From Podarcis filfolensis (Eukaryota), in NCBI GenBank assembly GCA_964270895.1, contig OZ185441.1: DNA of 64,000 nucleotides; one strand, given 5' to 3'. The notes below the pieces were generated by a model. It had not been told where the DNA came from and ran no database searches. It was given only the letters and a program-made list of their open reading frames with translations. A program made the translations under genes and the position numbers. Shown here in pieces: positions 38,401-53,400 of this stretch; positions within the stretch are counted from its first letter, which is position 1, and each line of letters opens with the position of its first letter.

Positions 38401-41400
38401 CTCTATTACAAACTTTAAAATGGAAAGTGTAATGCTGGTGTCAACAAAAGAGGTTCAAAGACTCTCTCAAGGCAAATCTAAAAAAATGTAGTATAAACAC
38501 TGACAACTGGGAAACACTGGCTGCGAGCGCTCCACTTGGAGAACAGCCCTTACCAAAAGTATAATGGGCTTTGAAAATGCTTAAACTCAGGACGAAAGGG
38601 AAAAACATGCTAAGAGGAAAGTACGCTTGGCAAACCCTCACCATGATCAACTCCCACCCGGAAACCAATGTCCCCACTGTGGAAGGACATGCAGATCCAG
38701 AATTGGCCTCCACAGTCACTTACGGACTCATTGTTAAAACCATGTTTATAGAAGACAATCTTACTCGGCTATGAGTGATCGCCAAAGAAGAAAGCACACT
38801 ACACACAAAACACACTCAGTCTGGTATAATCCTGACTGAATGATTTCAAACAAACATGTGTGATTTCAAACAAACATGTGTAGGATTGCTAGAATCATGG
38901 AATTGTAGAGTTGGAAGTGACTCTGAGGATCAGCTAGCCCAACCCCCTGCAATGCAGGAATATGCAGCTGTCCCATAAAGGGATCAAACCTGCAACCTTG
39001 GTATTATCAGCATCACACTCTAACCAACTGAGCTATCCAGGTTAGGAGATGGTACTGTATCTTTCTACTGTATCTTGTAGAAATATTAGACAGAGATGAA
39101 GCCATAAAGATCGCAAACCCTTTACTATCCGAACTGTACAATGTTCATGCAGAACCACCTACGAACATTTGTAAACTGTTTGAATTCTTTAAGCCAAACA
39201 TTTCAGAGAATGTCCTTACAATAGGAAGGATCTACTTGAAAGCTCCCTTAAACAAATTTTAATGAAAGGATAGTGAGGCATACTGTACTAAAAACATGCC
39301 TGTTCCTTGATTGTGTTAATTATTTTGGGGCCCGGACCAGGTGGTGAGGGAAGCAGCTGGTGCCAGAATGTTTCAAGGATAAAAACAAAGATAGAGTCTT
39401 GCTGTCTGTTTCTGTCTACAGCAGAATCAGGTCCTCAAACTTTCGTTTCAGGCTTTTGCCATATTTTTAAGGGGCATTTGGGGGCAAATACCAAACTTCA
39501 AGGGAGAAGAGGGGCCATGAAGAAAGAAAAGAAAAGAAAAAAGGGGAGAGTGAATTCACACTTTCACTGCTATGGTAAGCTCTTCCTCCAAAAAACTATT
39601 TTGGGTGCAAAACCACAGCCTCTGACATGGCTACCTGGAATTCACTGCCTTCAAGATGGGGTGACAAATTTGGAATAAACACCAGTCCATTCCTAGACAG
39701 GAGGCAAATATGTAGCAGTGTGGAGGCAGAACAGAATTGGCTTCTGTTTGTAGTGTTATACTGCCTCTAATAAGTTAAAAAGGCAAAACAGGAGAACATA
39801 TGAACACCCACATCCAGCAGAATAAATTCTACCAGGTCATTTGACCCAGGTTTCAAAAACATTCAACAAAATAACCATTAGAGGTTATAGGATGGGTCAA
39901 ATCATTCTGGTCCTCCTACAGGTTTCTGCAAGTCAGGGCCAGCAGCTTCCATTCAGCAAGCAGCAGAAGCTAGCAGCAGTTCATTGTGTCAAGATCACTT
40001 TTACAACATAAGAGACCCTAGGCATTTATCCAATCTTTCCTCATTTTTCTTGGAACTTGTGTGAGTGCAGAACTTGGAAGACTAAGCCTGAAATCTTTGC
40101 AGTACTCCTATTACAGTGGTACCTCGGGTAACAGACGCTTCAGGTTACAGACGCTTCAGGTTACAGACTCTGCTAACCCAGAAATAGTACCTCGGGTTAA
40201 GAACTTTGCTTCATCGTGAGAACAGAAATCACATGGTGGCAGCACGGCGACAGTGGGAGGCCCCATTAGGCAAAGTGGTTAAAACAGGTTAAAACAGTTT
40301 CAGGTTAAGAATGGACCTCCAGAACGAATTAAGTTCTTAACCTGAGGTACCACTGTAATTTCATTTGGACTTTCTCAGCAGCATTTCTCAGTCAATTGTA
40401 CACCATGAGTTTTACCATATTCTACAAATGTGCTACTTAATATTAAATATATATTTTGAAGATGTTATATTCTGAAGCACATTGCTTGATTAAAAGAATG
40501 GAAAAAGCCATTTGTTTGATGGCTACAAACATTTGTTTAATGGCTATTTGGTCTTTTGAACAACATTATTCTGAAATAAATGTAACTGTTAGAGAAATAT
40601 TTTATTGTTTTGTAAAACATTTGGGAATATAGAGACACCACTTAAGATGAGAACAAGATTGTGTAGGATTGCACAATGCTTTATATAGGTGCTCAGCAAC
40701 TTAGTAGGATCAGCATAGTAAGGTATATTGGATTTGTAATGATTTAATTTGCTTGATTGTGGGACAAGCAGCTGGAGGCTCAAGCAGATAATTACAGCCC
40801 TAAGCCATGAAGTAATCCATATGTGGGGGGTTGTAGAACAGTCACACATGATAGGAAGCTTAAGTTAGAAATCAAGTTAAGCTGACATTCACAACACTTT
40901 TTAGTAGTACAAACTTCAGTGAATGATTAGCATTTGGGTATTCAGGGAGTTTGAAAATGCATAATACTATTGTTTCCTGAAAGGCGGAATAAAAGACCTT
41001 GCAGTAGGAGGGGAGGCACATGACTGATATTTCTTTGGCAGGAGGGATGAATGGTCACAGGGTCAAGTTTCTAAATGCTTTCCCCAATAGGCACATAAAA
41101 ATAAAAATTGCCTGCTATTTAAACAACCCCTCCCTCCAAAAAAGATCCCAGGATGCACTTATGGCAACCTAAGACAATTTCCCCTCACATTGTCTTTATT
41201 CTGAATGCCTGTCTCTCTAGGGTTGTTGCCTTGAAACCCTAAACATAAGAAGTGTTTGCAAAAAGTACCACATATGCTTTCAGTTCAAGCCTAATGAACA
41301 TATTTAGCATCCTACATATAATTATCCTGAAGCCTCTTGACTGAGTCCGTGTTGGATTGTGCCTACGTGATGCCTTTGAAAATATTTGACAGGCAGCAGT

Positions 41401-44400
41401 GGAAACTGTAGCCCTAAATATTATTAACAACACAGCAGAGATACTTTTCCTTTGGCAAGCAATTGTTACTCAAATTAGTAATGAATATTTCTAAGAATAA
41501 ATGGTCCACATCAGTGTACATTCATTCCTTTGCCTGGCTAAGTATCAAAAGCATGCCTTTCAGCCAGACATTGTGCAGTCCAGTTCAACCAAATTCCTTT
41601 TCTGCCTCTGCAGGCTTCCTCCCTATAGGTTAACATCTTGTTGTTTTGATGATCAAGTTCTATGCTGCCATTTATCAAAATTCTGTCTTTACTTCCTCTT
41701 TTCCTCACTGCACCAATCCAGGGCGAAAACATCCGCACACGTTTCTTCAGGGGCTGTAGCTGACTAGCTGAGTGAAAGTTTTCCATTCAGAAAGTCCAAG
41801 CTTCTAGAGTTATCCGTATTTCAGACAGCAAGGCTGAGAAAGAGCTTTCAAAGCTGCCACCAGTCAATATAGATAGCACTTTGGGTACATCAGCCAATGA
41901 TCCAAGTTTATATATGTTAACCTTAAGCTAATATCTCCAGCTTTCCATTCCCCTCTATATTATCCTACTGCGGTGGTGAAACAGTCCACACCCATCACAA
42001 TCCTATGCATGTTTACTGAGAAGTCACCTGAATTCTATGCAAGTATGTATATGATTGCAGCTTTGCTCTATCCAATGTTTAGCTGTTAATTTTAATGGAT
42101 TATTCAAACTGATTTAAATGTTTCTTTTATCCCTCCATTACTTCATTTCCCCTGGTACAGCATACACATTGTCTGCTATTTATTCTTCTTACTTTCTTTC
42201 TCCCCATTGCATTTTCCATCTTGCTGCTCTCTATGTGTAGAACACCCTCTGTGTTGTTTTCATACAGGTAAACAAGATTCAGAACTGTGTTCTCACTTTA
42301 GGCATACTTGTTAGTTTCTAAAGTTATATTCTGAGGACTCTTCAGAGTAGCCCATGCGAGCTGTGCATGTCTTGAGGATGACCTACAAAGGCTTGCTATT
42401 TGGTACCTCCTTTCCCACCCCCCAATCATAGCTATAAGAAACTAAGAAATTCTGATTGACACACAGTTTGCAAGCACAGAAAGGTAGACTGTGTCTTACA
42501 TTCGGGGATTCATGATTCACTGTACCAGACATACAGAACTGACTCCAGATTCTTGGGCACTATGAAATGGAGGAAACTTATACTTCTCTCTTTTGAAGTG
42601 TGTTTCAACCTTTGAATCCAAATTGAGACTCAGTGGGTTTTTGCTAATTGTCCCTAGTAATAAAATTATGGCTTTGCTTCCCTGTGACATGCTCTAGTTA
42701 GCAGCCTAAAACCTTGAAATATCAACTCCACAGTGATATGTGTGTATATGTGTAATATATGATCCGGAGGTCATGCAGGCTTGGTTGGTAACAGTGAATA
42801 TGCTCAAACTATGAGCATATATTATAATACCCACTGATATTATTATTAAAGCTGTTTACATATTATTATTATAATACTAATAATAACAATAATAATAATA
42901 ATTGTTCATAGCACTATAGAATGAATTAGGAGGGATTACAGCTGCACTTCTGTGGTTAAAAATATCAAAGAGTTCCTTAAAGCCTATCTGCATTAGAAAG
43001 CATTGATTTGCACTTATGAACCAGTTTGTGATACAATAGGAATGAAGGCGAGGGACTGAATGTCTGAACTCCCTGTATATACCATCATTTAGAAAGATAG
43101 GCTGTGATAGAACCCTTCCCCCCAGCATGCTATTTTGCATCTACCAGAAATTATCCATGTGGAGGTACATTTAAATTTATTTTTCCTTCCCTGTGATTAG
43201 TGGTTTAGGAACAGATGTAAAACCTGAGCTGACTGTGTACTCCATCTCTAAGGATCACTGGGAAGGAATACGAAGGGAAGCAGCCAGAAAATGTATGCAT
43301 CAGGAGTCACCAATCCAGTGACATTCACTGCACTCATGAAAACCATCATTGGCATCCCAGAAAGGACTCTGAACTTTCATTTAAAAGAGAAAGCAAGTCT
43401 CTAGCCCTCCTTGAAGGAAAGTCATGGAGAACAATTTACAGGTACCCTCCTAAGCAATTTCTGTGAAATGAACTAGACTTGCTGCTTCTGCTTGTTAGTG
43501 TTCTTAGCCAGTAAGTGAAGTCAGAGCCGTAAATGAAAAGTTAGTTGTTTGGACACCAGGCAACAGTAATCCCCAGGGTCCTATGCTTTCCCCTCCCTTT
43601 TAGTGCACTTTTCCTGAATCTGTCTTATTTTCTAGTGCTTAGAATCTCCACTTTGCCCTTCCTTTTCCCCTAGCAACTAGGATGCATCTTTCCTGTGATG
43701 GTTTTGTCTACGATTAGGTAGTCCCTTATAGGTGATTTTCTGTAAATACTACTACACAATAGGTGTAGGTGGGTGTTAAAGACCTGCCCTCCCAATCCCC
43801 AAGAAGGCGAATGTAAAAACATTGTTAAGAGGTTCACGTATGTCTTCTGCTGTGCCAGAGCTAAAGACCAAGCATTCACTGGTCCAAAAAGGTTGGTGAC
43901 CCCTGGTCTACAAATAAATGTTTCCAATTCAGAAATCTGATTTAGTAAAGTGATTCAAACCTTTTTCAAAGTTCCCAGGATGACATCCACAGTTTACATA
44001 TCCATATTATAGTTGTTGCTATTTTTTTATTATTTTTCCTTTTACTTTTTTGCTATGACATGAGAAAAATATGCATTTTGTCACATTTCAAAACCACTAA
44101 CTTTTACTCAGAATAGACCCACTGAAATTAATGGGCTTAGACATTTTCATTCATTCCAATGGGTCAAACTTAGTTGACTACTGCCCAAAATTATTAATTC
44201 AATTTACATCCCACCTTTCCTTCCAAAGGAGGGGGGGAAACAGCTTTTTCATAAAAGTCCTTTGTTCTAGGAGCATATTGATTAATAACCATCTAGTATG
44301 AACACTAAACAGTTTTTATTTGTTTTGCTTTTGCTCTAAATGCTTAGGACTCACCTGCTATTTAAAAATTGCAAGACATGACTAAAACAAAAAACTAACC

Positions 44401-47400
44401 CTAAAAATGAAATATTTTTATTGTTCTATGTCTATTTCTGTGGTCTCAACTTTGAACCTATACTTCCATAAAACTACATAGGTCTTTGTATTTGCTATCT
44501 ACTTTTTGCATTTTTCCTATGCATTTACACTGCACTAGTCACTGTGGGTTAAACCACAGAGCCTAGGACTTGCCAATCAGAAGGTTGACGGTTCGAATCC
44601 CCGCGACGGGGTGAGCTCCCGTTGCTCGGTCCCTGCTCCTGCCAACCTAGCAGTTTGAAATTATGTCAAAGTGCAAGTAGATAAATAGGTACCGCTCCGG
44701 CGGGAAGGTAAACGGCGTTTCCGTGCGCTGCTCTGGTTCACCAGAAGCGGCTTAGTCATGCTGGCCACATGACCCGGAAGCTGTACGCCGGCTCCCTCGG
44801 CCAATAAAGTGAGATGAGGGCTGCAACCCCAGAGTCGGCCACGACTGGACCTAATGGTCAGGGGTCCCTTTACCTTTACCTTTACTAGTCATGGAAATAC
44901 CCAGATACAATGACACCAAAAAAGTACAGTGGCCCAATTTAGACATAATGCTAATGTTCAGATATAACACTAAGTCATGGTTTGGCATTACATGAGTGCT
45001 TCCCTGTCCTCTTCTCACCCAGTAAATAATAAAAGTTCAAATGCTTTTGACTTTCCCTTGTTGTTTCATCATATATAAGATAATGGATTATCTCAAACTA
45101 CGGTTATTCTAAACAAGCCAACTTCATAACCCATGGTGATTGCTGGTGTGAGTAACCATAGTTTCTTTTGACATCTAAACTGGGAACTATGGTTGCCAGG
45201 TTCAGATCAAACCAGTCTTTGAAAACATGAGCTGGTGTCAGTTTCTAATTGGCCCAGTTTGGTCATAACAGAAGGGCATTACTTATTATCTGAACAAGTC
45301 TTAAATCATGGCATGGAGAGAAGGGTACAGGCAGTGTGGGAATGGATTACACAGGCACATGTCTCATGTGTAGCTCAGCTTAATAACATGTTGCTGTACA
45401 TTTAAACCAGGTGTTTATCATCCTCTCAAAATAATTTAGTCCCTTAAGTCCATCCCTATATTATTCCTTTTCTAGAAAGTTTTGTAACACAATCATCTAC
45501 ATTGTTGCTTATTTCATTCCAAATTTAATTGAACGTGTTGCAAGAATGCCATCACTGATAAAGATACATCAGTAGATACAGTCACCAGAAACATAAGGGT
45601 GGCCTCGTGCTGATACAACCCTTATTCTACTTGATCATTTTCTATTCTTTGTTTATTGCCATTCTCTTAATCAGATTAAAATGCCTTAAGGCAGAGAGGC
45701 CTGTCACTCTTACATGTTTGTTCATATCTAAAGCACTGAGTAAAATCAATGTTTTGATTTTGCTCATTCAACAGTTTGTTCATAGGCCTTCTTCTAAGAT
45801 AGATTTATTCAAACTGATGACCTGAAAGCAAATGTTCAATAGCAAGGGCCTCTGTTCAACCACAAATCTGGTATGAAATTGTTCATCGGCCCATCACTTA
45901 TTTCCCTACATATTGATTGGGTCTAATTAATTTCCATGTATTGTAAAAAGCATACCTTGCCCTTCAAAATTATTTGTCCGTGGGCTACACACTGATCACA
46001 AAATTCAGATCTCACATTGGTGTGTTGGGAAACAGTCCACCTTGGCCTGTGGTGTTTTGTTAGCCGCTTGATTTTGACTCAAGTTCAGTCTATGTCTACT
46101 TCATTTTTCTCTACACCCACCTCCATTCACTACTGGCAAATCCAAGAATATCTGTAACTTTGTCCAGAATTCAATAGCAATGCCAAGCTCTTATATTTTC
46201 ACCCACTCAGATAAAGCTTACCAAATTATGGACAAATGAGTGTAGGGATATCTGTGCTAGGCACATTTAATTTTTTAATTTTTAAAAAAAGAAAATTCCC
46301 ATATGATATTTTTATTTTAGGATAGAATTGGATAAATAGAAATATCATAAACTTCCATAGTATTTTGTGGGCGATTGGTCTGAAAATTGAAGAGATAGGG
46401 AGAGATACCCTAGAGTAAGACACTTACCAAACTGCAGACAGATAAGACCCAGGGCTTTTGTGCTAGGCAGGCTGTATAGGTGATTCTGGAGTGGGCAAAA
46501 TCATTCCCTCTGATTACAAGCTAATTCCACCTTCTTGATCCTGTAATTTTTCTTAAGCTAGAGACAAGTCTTTTAATTTTGCAAAGCTGCTCCCTTTCCC
46601 TCCTCCCGCCATAGCTTGGTCTTTCCCTTATATGGTAAGCTTGGAGACATTTACTAATTGCTTTTTATGTATGGCTTGCTGAGGCACAACAGGGCATTTC
46701 AAGGGTCCCTGCTTTGACTTATGCAGCTTTGCACACATCCTACTTCATCTCAGACAAACTCAAAATCTCTCAGAAGCACCCTGCCTTGGCTTGGAATTCA
46801 TCCATATCCAAAGCACATCTCTATTTCCCACCAGGTTTTATTGTACTTTCCCCCAGGTTACTTACTCGCTGTATTAGGTAAAGTTAAAGGGACCCCGACC
46901 ATTAGGTCCAGTCATGGCCGACTCTGGGGTTGCAGCCCTCATCTCGCTTTATTGGCCGAGGGAGCCGGCGTACAGCTTCCGGGTCATGTGGCCAGCATGA
47001 CTAAGCCGCTTCTGGCGAACCAGAGCAGCGCATGGAAACGCTGTTTACCTTCCCGCCAGAGCGGTACCTATTTATCTACTTGCACTTTGACGTGCTTTTG
47101 AACTGCTAGGTTGGCAGGAGCTGGGACCGAGCAATGGGAGCTCACCCCGTCGCGGGGATTCGAACCGTCAACCTTCTGATTGGCAAGTCCTAGGCTCTGT
47201 GGTTTAACCCACAACGCCACCTGTTTCCCTTACTCCCTGTATTAGGAAGTTTGTAATGTCTGATGTCTCACTGTGCTTATCTTATGTTGGAAGCTGCCCA
47301 GAGCGGCTGGGGCATCCCAGTTGGGTGGGAGGGGTATAAGCAATTAATAGTAGTAGTAGCAGTGATGGTGGTGGTGGTGGTAATAATCATTTTTTTCATC

Positions 47401-50400
47401 CTTTCCATGAGAGTAGACCTTTTAGCTTCAATTTTGTCCCCCATGCCTTTTAACATGTACACTGAGGTTGAGAACCTCTAGCCCATGGGCCAGTCTTGGC
47501 CCACCAGGGGATCCAATTGGGCTTGTGAGACCTTTTTCCTGAACCCATGCCTCCCTGCCCATCAGATAATGGGCAGAAGGACAGGATTTAATCCTGCACA
47601 GGCTGTCATCCACTGAGCAAGGATAAAAGCCCTGTGCAGACGCACCCTTTGAAGCACCTTGCATGTGACAAATGCTTTAAAGAGGCTTCCACAAAGTAAT
47701 GTAGCCCCTATACTCCTGTTTGAGCCTCTGGAGGCTCAAATGAGAGCATAGGGGCTATTTTAAAATCTTCTACAAGTTTCTCCACTCCCTATGAGTTTCT
47801 GATTCTGGAGGCTTGAAATGGAAGCATGGGGAGACTTTGGTTCCCTCCAGTTCCTTTTTAAGCCTTTGCAACTGAAAGCTTTAAATGGCAGTGCAGGGAG
47901 GCTTGCAAACCACAGTGTATGACCACTGGGAAGAGTGCATAGTGAAGAAATACCATGGGGCATCTGTAGCAGCACAACCAGATGCCTTCATCTGCCCCAC
48001 CAGCAACAAAACATGTCTTTTCCGTATCAGTCTCTACAGCCACAGCAGGCACTTCAACCTTCCAACAGTTTGACTTCACCCCCAAAAGTACACTCCTCCA
48101 TTGTCCCCCGATACAGATGCCAGAAAGACTCTATACATGTATCAAATTTGACCTAGGAGGCAGATCTTGATAAGGATCTTGCTCATGTAGCCAAATGATT
48201 ACCCACCTCTCATCTACATGAAACCAATGGGGCAGAGGGAGAGTGAAGTATGGGATCATCAGAATTCTATGACTCCAATACCTGTTTTTCCTTTGCATCA
48301 AATCCAAGTGAGGGAGTGCAATCCATGAATGCATATCTGGCTGCTGCTCTGATTATATCTCCTGTTTCAAAGGCAAATATTACTGCCTGAATCTATTTCC
48401 ACCCCCACCCCCCTGTTATCACTGTATCTTTTGATGTAGTCATTGGCACCCAGTGTCCAAAATTGTATGTGACATTTAATAACACTTTGTTCTGCATCTG
48501 TTTCATTTTCTCTGCCTTGAGACTCTAGTATCCAGTGCAGGTGCATTTGCACTCAGTGGTTATTGCTTATTCCAATGTTAATCAAATCATCAACCACCCA
48601 CGCCATAAATAGTGAAAGGTAACTAAGGAAGTCTCCACAAAAGTTAAGTGACCCAAGCTCCTTCTGGTTCCCTTGTAATTTGAGCAACGGACCTTATGGT
48701 CCAAATGTTTCATATTATTATTAAGACTACTATTATTGGGTTGTATCCAGTGGTGGCTTTGAGTAAGCACTAAGCATTTCTGTTTGTGCAAGGTGGGGCT
48801 CCCAATTTTTTGCTGTTTCGCCAACTCACTGCAGCTTCCCATGCCCCCCAAGCTACCCCTGAAGATATGAGACACAGAGGAGGCAAAAATAACAACAAAT
48901 GAAGTTAGAGCAGAGTCAGAAAGGCAAGAGAAATAAAGGATGATTGATGCATTTATTTATGCAAACCACTGTCCAGCATATCAGATGATTAAAATGTTAT
49001 GTTTTCTCTCAATTTAAAACCTTCTATCAGCAAGAAACCTACACATATTGGGTCAGTTGCTTATTTAGGAACTGAACTGTGAGAGATTTAGTTTGAAGCC
49101 ATTAGTCCAATTAGTATCTGCTATGCTTGCTTGTAGTATATTTTGCTGGACTGGGATGTTTGCCAGTGAAATGAGGGATAGCATGTCAGCCCCACAGTTC
49201 GAAACTGACATTATAAAAGTAGGGCAAATAAATTAGGTCTCAGTCATAGTAAGGGGAAATCAAAGCAAGGAGCAACTCAATAACTATTTAATAAGACTCA
49301 TACTATGGGAATTAAAGAAAAACAACAGGTGCTGTGATTCAAGCATCAAAAGAATATACATTTGTGCTCCTTTTTCTAAAACATGTGATTACCTTCTCAC
49401 ATTTTTTATCAAGTAGAAACCACCTCTGTGGTTTTAGGGCTATTAATTTAAGAGAGTCATCAGGGAAAATAAAGAGTAACTAAGGAACCTAAGAAGTAAA
49501 ACTATACACTCACAGAATAGCAAACTTCAGAATACACCATGCGTTACAATTCTTATACTTAATTGTACTTAATACTTAATACTTCATTGGTGGGGCATCC
49601 ACATGCAATTAATCATTTCAATCAATTCAGAATTGGTTTGGGTTTTCTCCAAGCCTTGAGAATGCTTAGAAAAGTATTCAGCTTATGATAAAAATTCTCC
49701 AATGCATGACAAGACCCACCAGCTCTTTCATCTGCCAATTTCTATCACCATCTCCTTTACTATATTTTCCCCAAACTTGTGAGGGGTGGTGGGATGGGAA
49801 GGATATGGCAGCCAAGCATTTCTGCAAAAGCAGAGGGCTTTCCCCAAGTTTTCAGCTCTGTGCAGTTGAGACCTCTGATCATGCATGGGCCCACTATTTT
49901 TACAGGAAATGTGGCAAATGAGATAGCTTATCAGAGTTAACTGAAGGCAGTTCCATCCAGAGTCAGAAATAGCAACCAAGCGCACCAAGAAGGCTTGGTT
50001 GCTTTGGAATGGAAATGTCTTCAACTTACTGTGAGAAGAACTTTTTGTTTTTGTTTTTAAAAAACCTTCTGGCCAATGAATAAAGAGCATGAAAAATACT
50101 ACCCTTGCTAGAATTCATGTTGGCAGGAATGGACAATGAAGTATGGCATAGTAAGTCCACAAACTATATACAGTTAAAGACTAACAGATTTGTTCTAGCA
50201 TTAGATTTCATAAACGAGAGTCCACTTCATCAGATATGTGATGAAGTGTTGCATATGATGAATTGCACTCCCATCCATACCAGGTTATCTCATACCAGAT
50301 GTGCTAGTCTTTAAAGTACCACAAAATTCTTCATTGTTTTTGAAAACAAAGGATTTTGTTGCATATTGTCGATAAGGTATGTCATACAATCGGGTGGGGC

Positions 50401-53400
50401 AGAGGGGCAAGGAATCATGCAAGCAAGATAAACTGCAGGAGAGGAATCCCCCAATGAGAAAATGCCTCAAACCCACTGAGAAAAAGTATCAAACAAAAAC
50501 AAACAAGCAAATTGGGCACCTGTGTGAGTTTAGCAACAGGGTGAGGAGACCGGTACAGACATTCCACTCTTTCCCATTTTAATATTACAATTAAAAATGT
50601 AATATTACAAATTACAAATTCCCAAGTGAACAACAACTATCCATGAGGGAACAAACTATCCTCTTGTGCCAGGAATCCACCACCAGGGACCCAGATTCTA
50701 CTGATAGTGAGTGATTTGATTATAATGGAAACAGACAGTTGGATTTGTCATGGCCATGGCACGATGATGTTCCTGCATGCCAGGCATGATGGTAACAGAT
50801 ATCATAATTCATCTAGATAGGTTGGCAGATAAAGCTAGGGAGGCATCAGCAGTCATTCCACATGTCAACATCACTGACAGGAACAAATAAAATGTGGTTC
50901 TAGAACCAAAATTTAGGGTGAGATGTAGAAAACTGAAATCCAGGGCCTCTGCTGTAGCTTCCTCAGGTATGCTACCTGTTTCATGCATAGGACCAGTTAG
51001 AAAGGTGGAGCTGAGAGGTCAATGAGCAAACAAAATTGTGGCTTTTTATTTTATTTTTATTGCTTCTTTGAATTCTGTGGAATTCAAACTGTAATAAAAG
51101 AAAAGAAATAAAAGAAGCAATAAAAATACAATTAAAAATCAATACTGTACAGATATTTAATGCAATGGATGCACCACTTGTGGTCTTCAGCCATAAATCC
51201 AAAGACATGCCATGGACCACCTGAATGGGAGCCCCTGATGTACATGAAAAGGTCCCATTACAGGAGTTCATTTAGCTGCTCCAATATAAACTTTGATTAA
51301 AGAATAAAATAGTGGTTTCAGATTTATGCCACTCACAATCTGTTACTGAGGGCTTTTCTAGTACACACTATATATCTAAGTAGTCCTTTCTTTAAAACAA
51401 AAACAAAAAAAGGTTGAACGTGTGCTATTTGAAGATAAAAGCATGAGATCAGTAAACATTCCAGAACAATTCTAAAGTTAAATTGAATGAAATTAGAAAC
51501 CCAGTGTAATACTGTACATATAGGTGGTGTCCAATGTTGTCTGTCTGCAAATGGAAGTTATTTGTCAGCAGAAAAAGCCAGTGGCAATTCTCAGCAGTTT
51601 CCCCTCCACTCTGAAGCCTCCTATGCCCCCTCTAAATTTGCTCCGGAGGATCCTCAAACATTCTAGTTTGCACCAGGGTGCAGTGGGCTGCAAGACTGGA
51701 TACTACTCTGTGAAACTGTGATCACTTTAAGATATGTTAACCAGTGGCAGACCTTGGGACCTCAAATTTGAGCAATGCCCTGTGAAAAGCCAAAATCCCC
51801 CCACCTCCCCCTTTCCATTCTACATAATAGTTGTGGTGCCCCCTAAGCTCCGCATCGCACCCAGTGCGAGGAAACCAGTCGTGCGCCCCTAAATCCACCT
51901 CTGTGTTATTTTATGGAATTTGACATCTTGGGCGGGGGTGGGGTTGTGCCCTTCAACCAACCATGCTAGGGTAAAATATTAATAGCTGAATTTGCTTTCT
52001 TGAAATGTGGTACCAATGGACTGAAAACTACTTTTATGCCATTCAGACTGCCATGATAATTGTCCATAAGGTTCTCGCTTTGGTTATCAGATCCTAACTC
52101 CACTGAGAACATAGACTGCACTGACTGTATTCCTGGCATTTTGGGAGACGTGGGGATAAAGGAAAATGGTGGTTGAACTGACTGCTCCAGCAAGAATTCA
52201 AAATGCATTCTAAAGGGCTCCAAACTCAATCAGCAGCAGAAGCCGAGTGCAGAGGAATAAGGGGGAGCTATTTCGACAGCAAATAACTATTTTAAAGTCT
52301 TTTTGTTGGTTCATAAAAGGACAGATTACCATAATGTATTGTGTTTTCCATGGAGAAAAGTTCCTAGAAAGCCCATCTATCTAATGAATTGTTCTTCATC
52401 AATGGCCAATTGTTGTAATTTCTCATTGTAGCCTGAAATCTTCACATATAAAATAATGGAAGTTGTTTAAAAACAATGGCTTCTAATCTCAATTGTAATA
52501 ACTCACAAATAATTGTCAAAATCCATAGTTTCTTCATGCCATGTTTATGCTAATTTAGCTTGATGAGCTGATTATGTCTGTTACTATCTTCCTGATATTA
52601 TATCAGAAAAAGGACAAACTAAAAGGCATACAGAGTAAATAATATGTAATCAACTAAAAATGTGGAATAAGTAAAAAGAAAAAGCAATTTATTGGCAATT
52701 GAAACTGAGCATTCCTTCAATGATAGGTTGTTATATAAAATTTCATACTTGGACGTAACCATTTCTGTGATATTGATTGTGTGTGTGTTTGCAGAAAATA
52801 TTATACCAGATGATAGTGGTAATTTATGACTAAACTTACTTAACATTTGTCAAATTTTACTTGAATGCTGTGGCTCTTGAGTAGCAGCTTCATGCCAAGC
52901 ATAATGGTAAAAGCGGTGTCAGAGGGCCTTGGACTTAGTGGGAAAGGAAATGTGCTTTTGTGAGCATCGTATCTTAGAATATCATGAGATTTTTTATATT
53001 TCCCTGTATTAGCAAAATATACAAATTCAGCCATCTTTGTCTAAACTGTATAAGGCCATGAAAGTGTAAGTTGCATTAGCTTCTCTATAGCTTATCTCCA
53101 GAAAAGAAAAACTTTAATGAGTTTTATATCACTTAAAAACAAATTCTTCTGTACCTGTTGAACATATCTGGGAATTTAACAATAATTAAATTACTTTAGC
53201 AATGGAAAAAAAAGGTGGAATAAGTATATGTAATTAAAATGTGCATCGATTTTTTAATTTACATCAGTGGCTGCACCTCTACTATCTGGAGCCGCAGTGC
53301 TGCAGGAAGCAGGAGAAATGGTTGAGATGCAAGAATGTATTTTAAGATAAGAGCACATTGGCATGGGATATTTTAACACCAACCCTAGTCTAGACACCAT

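Noticed and set aside
38891-39041. tRNA-like sequence
   Set aside because: It is a degenerate head fused to a CR1 tail, so a SINE rather than a functional tRNA gene. The same applies to 61114-61545.
41538-41786. 82-aa minus-strand ORF with an exon-like start in intron 1
   Set aside because: No convincing donor site and no homology; a chance ORF.
48282-48361. Exon-like 80-nt block on the minus strand in ALKAL1 intron 1 (AG|GAGAT…AACAG|GTATTG), open in the exon-1 frame
   Set aside because: Its length is not a multiple of 3, so inclusion frameshifts exon 2 to an early TAA. It has no similarity to ALKAL proteins, and pseudo-exons are expected in a 25-kb intron. Junction reads would be needed to call it a poison exon.
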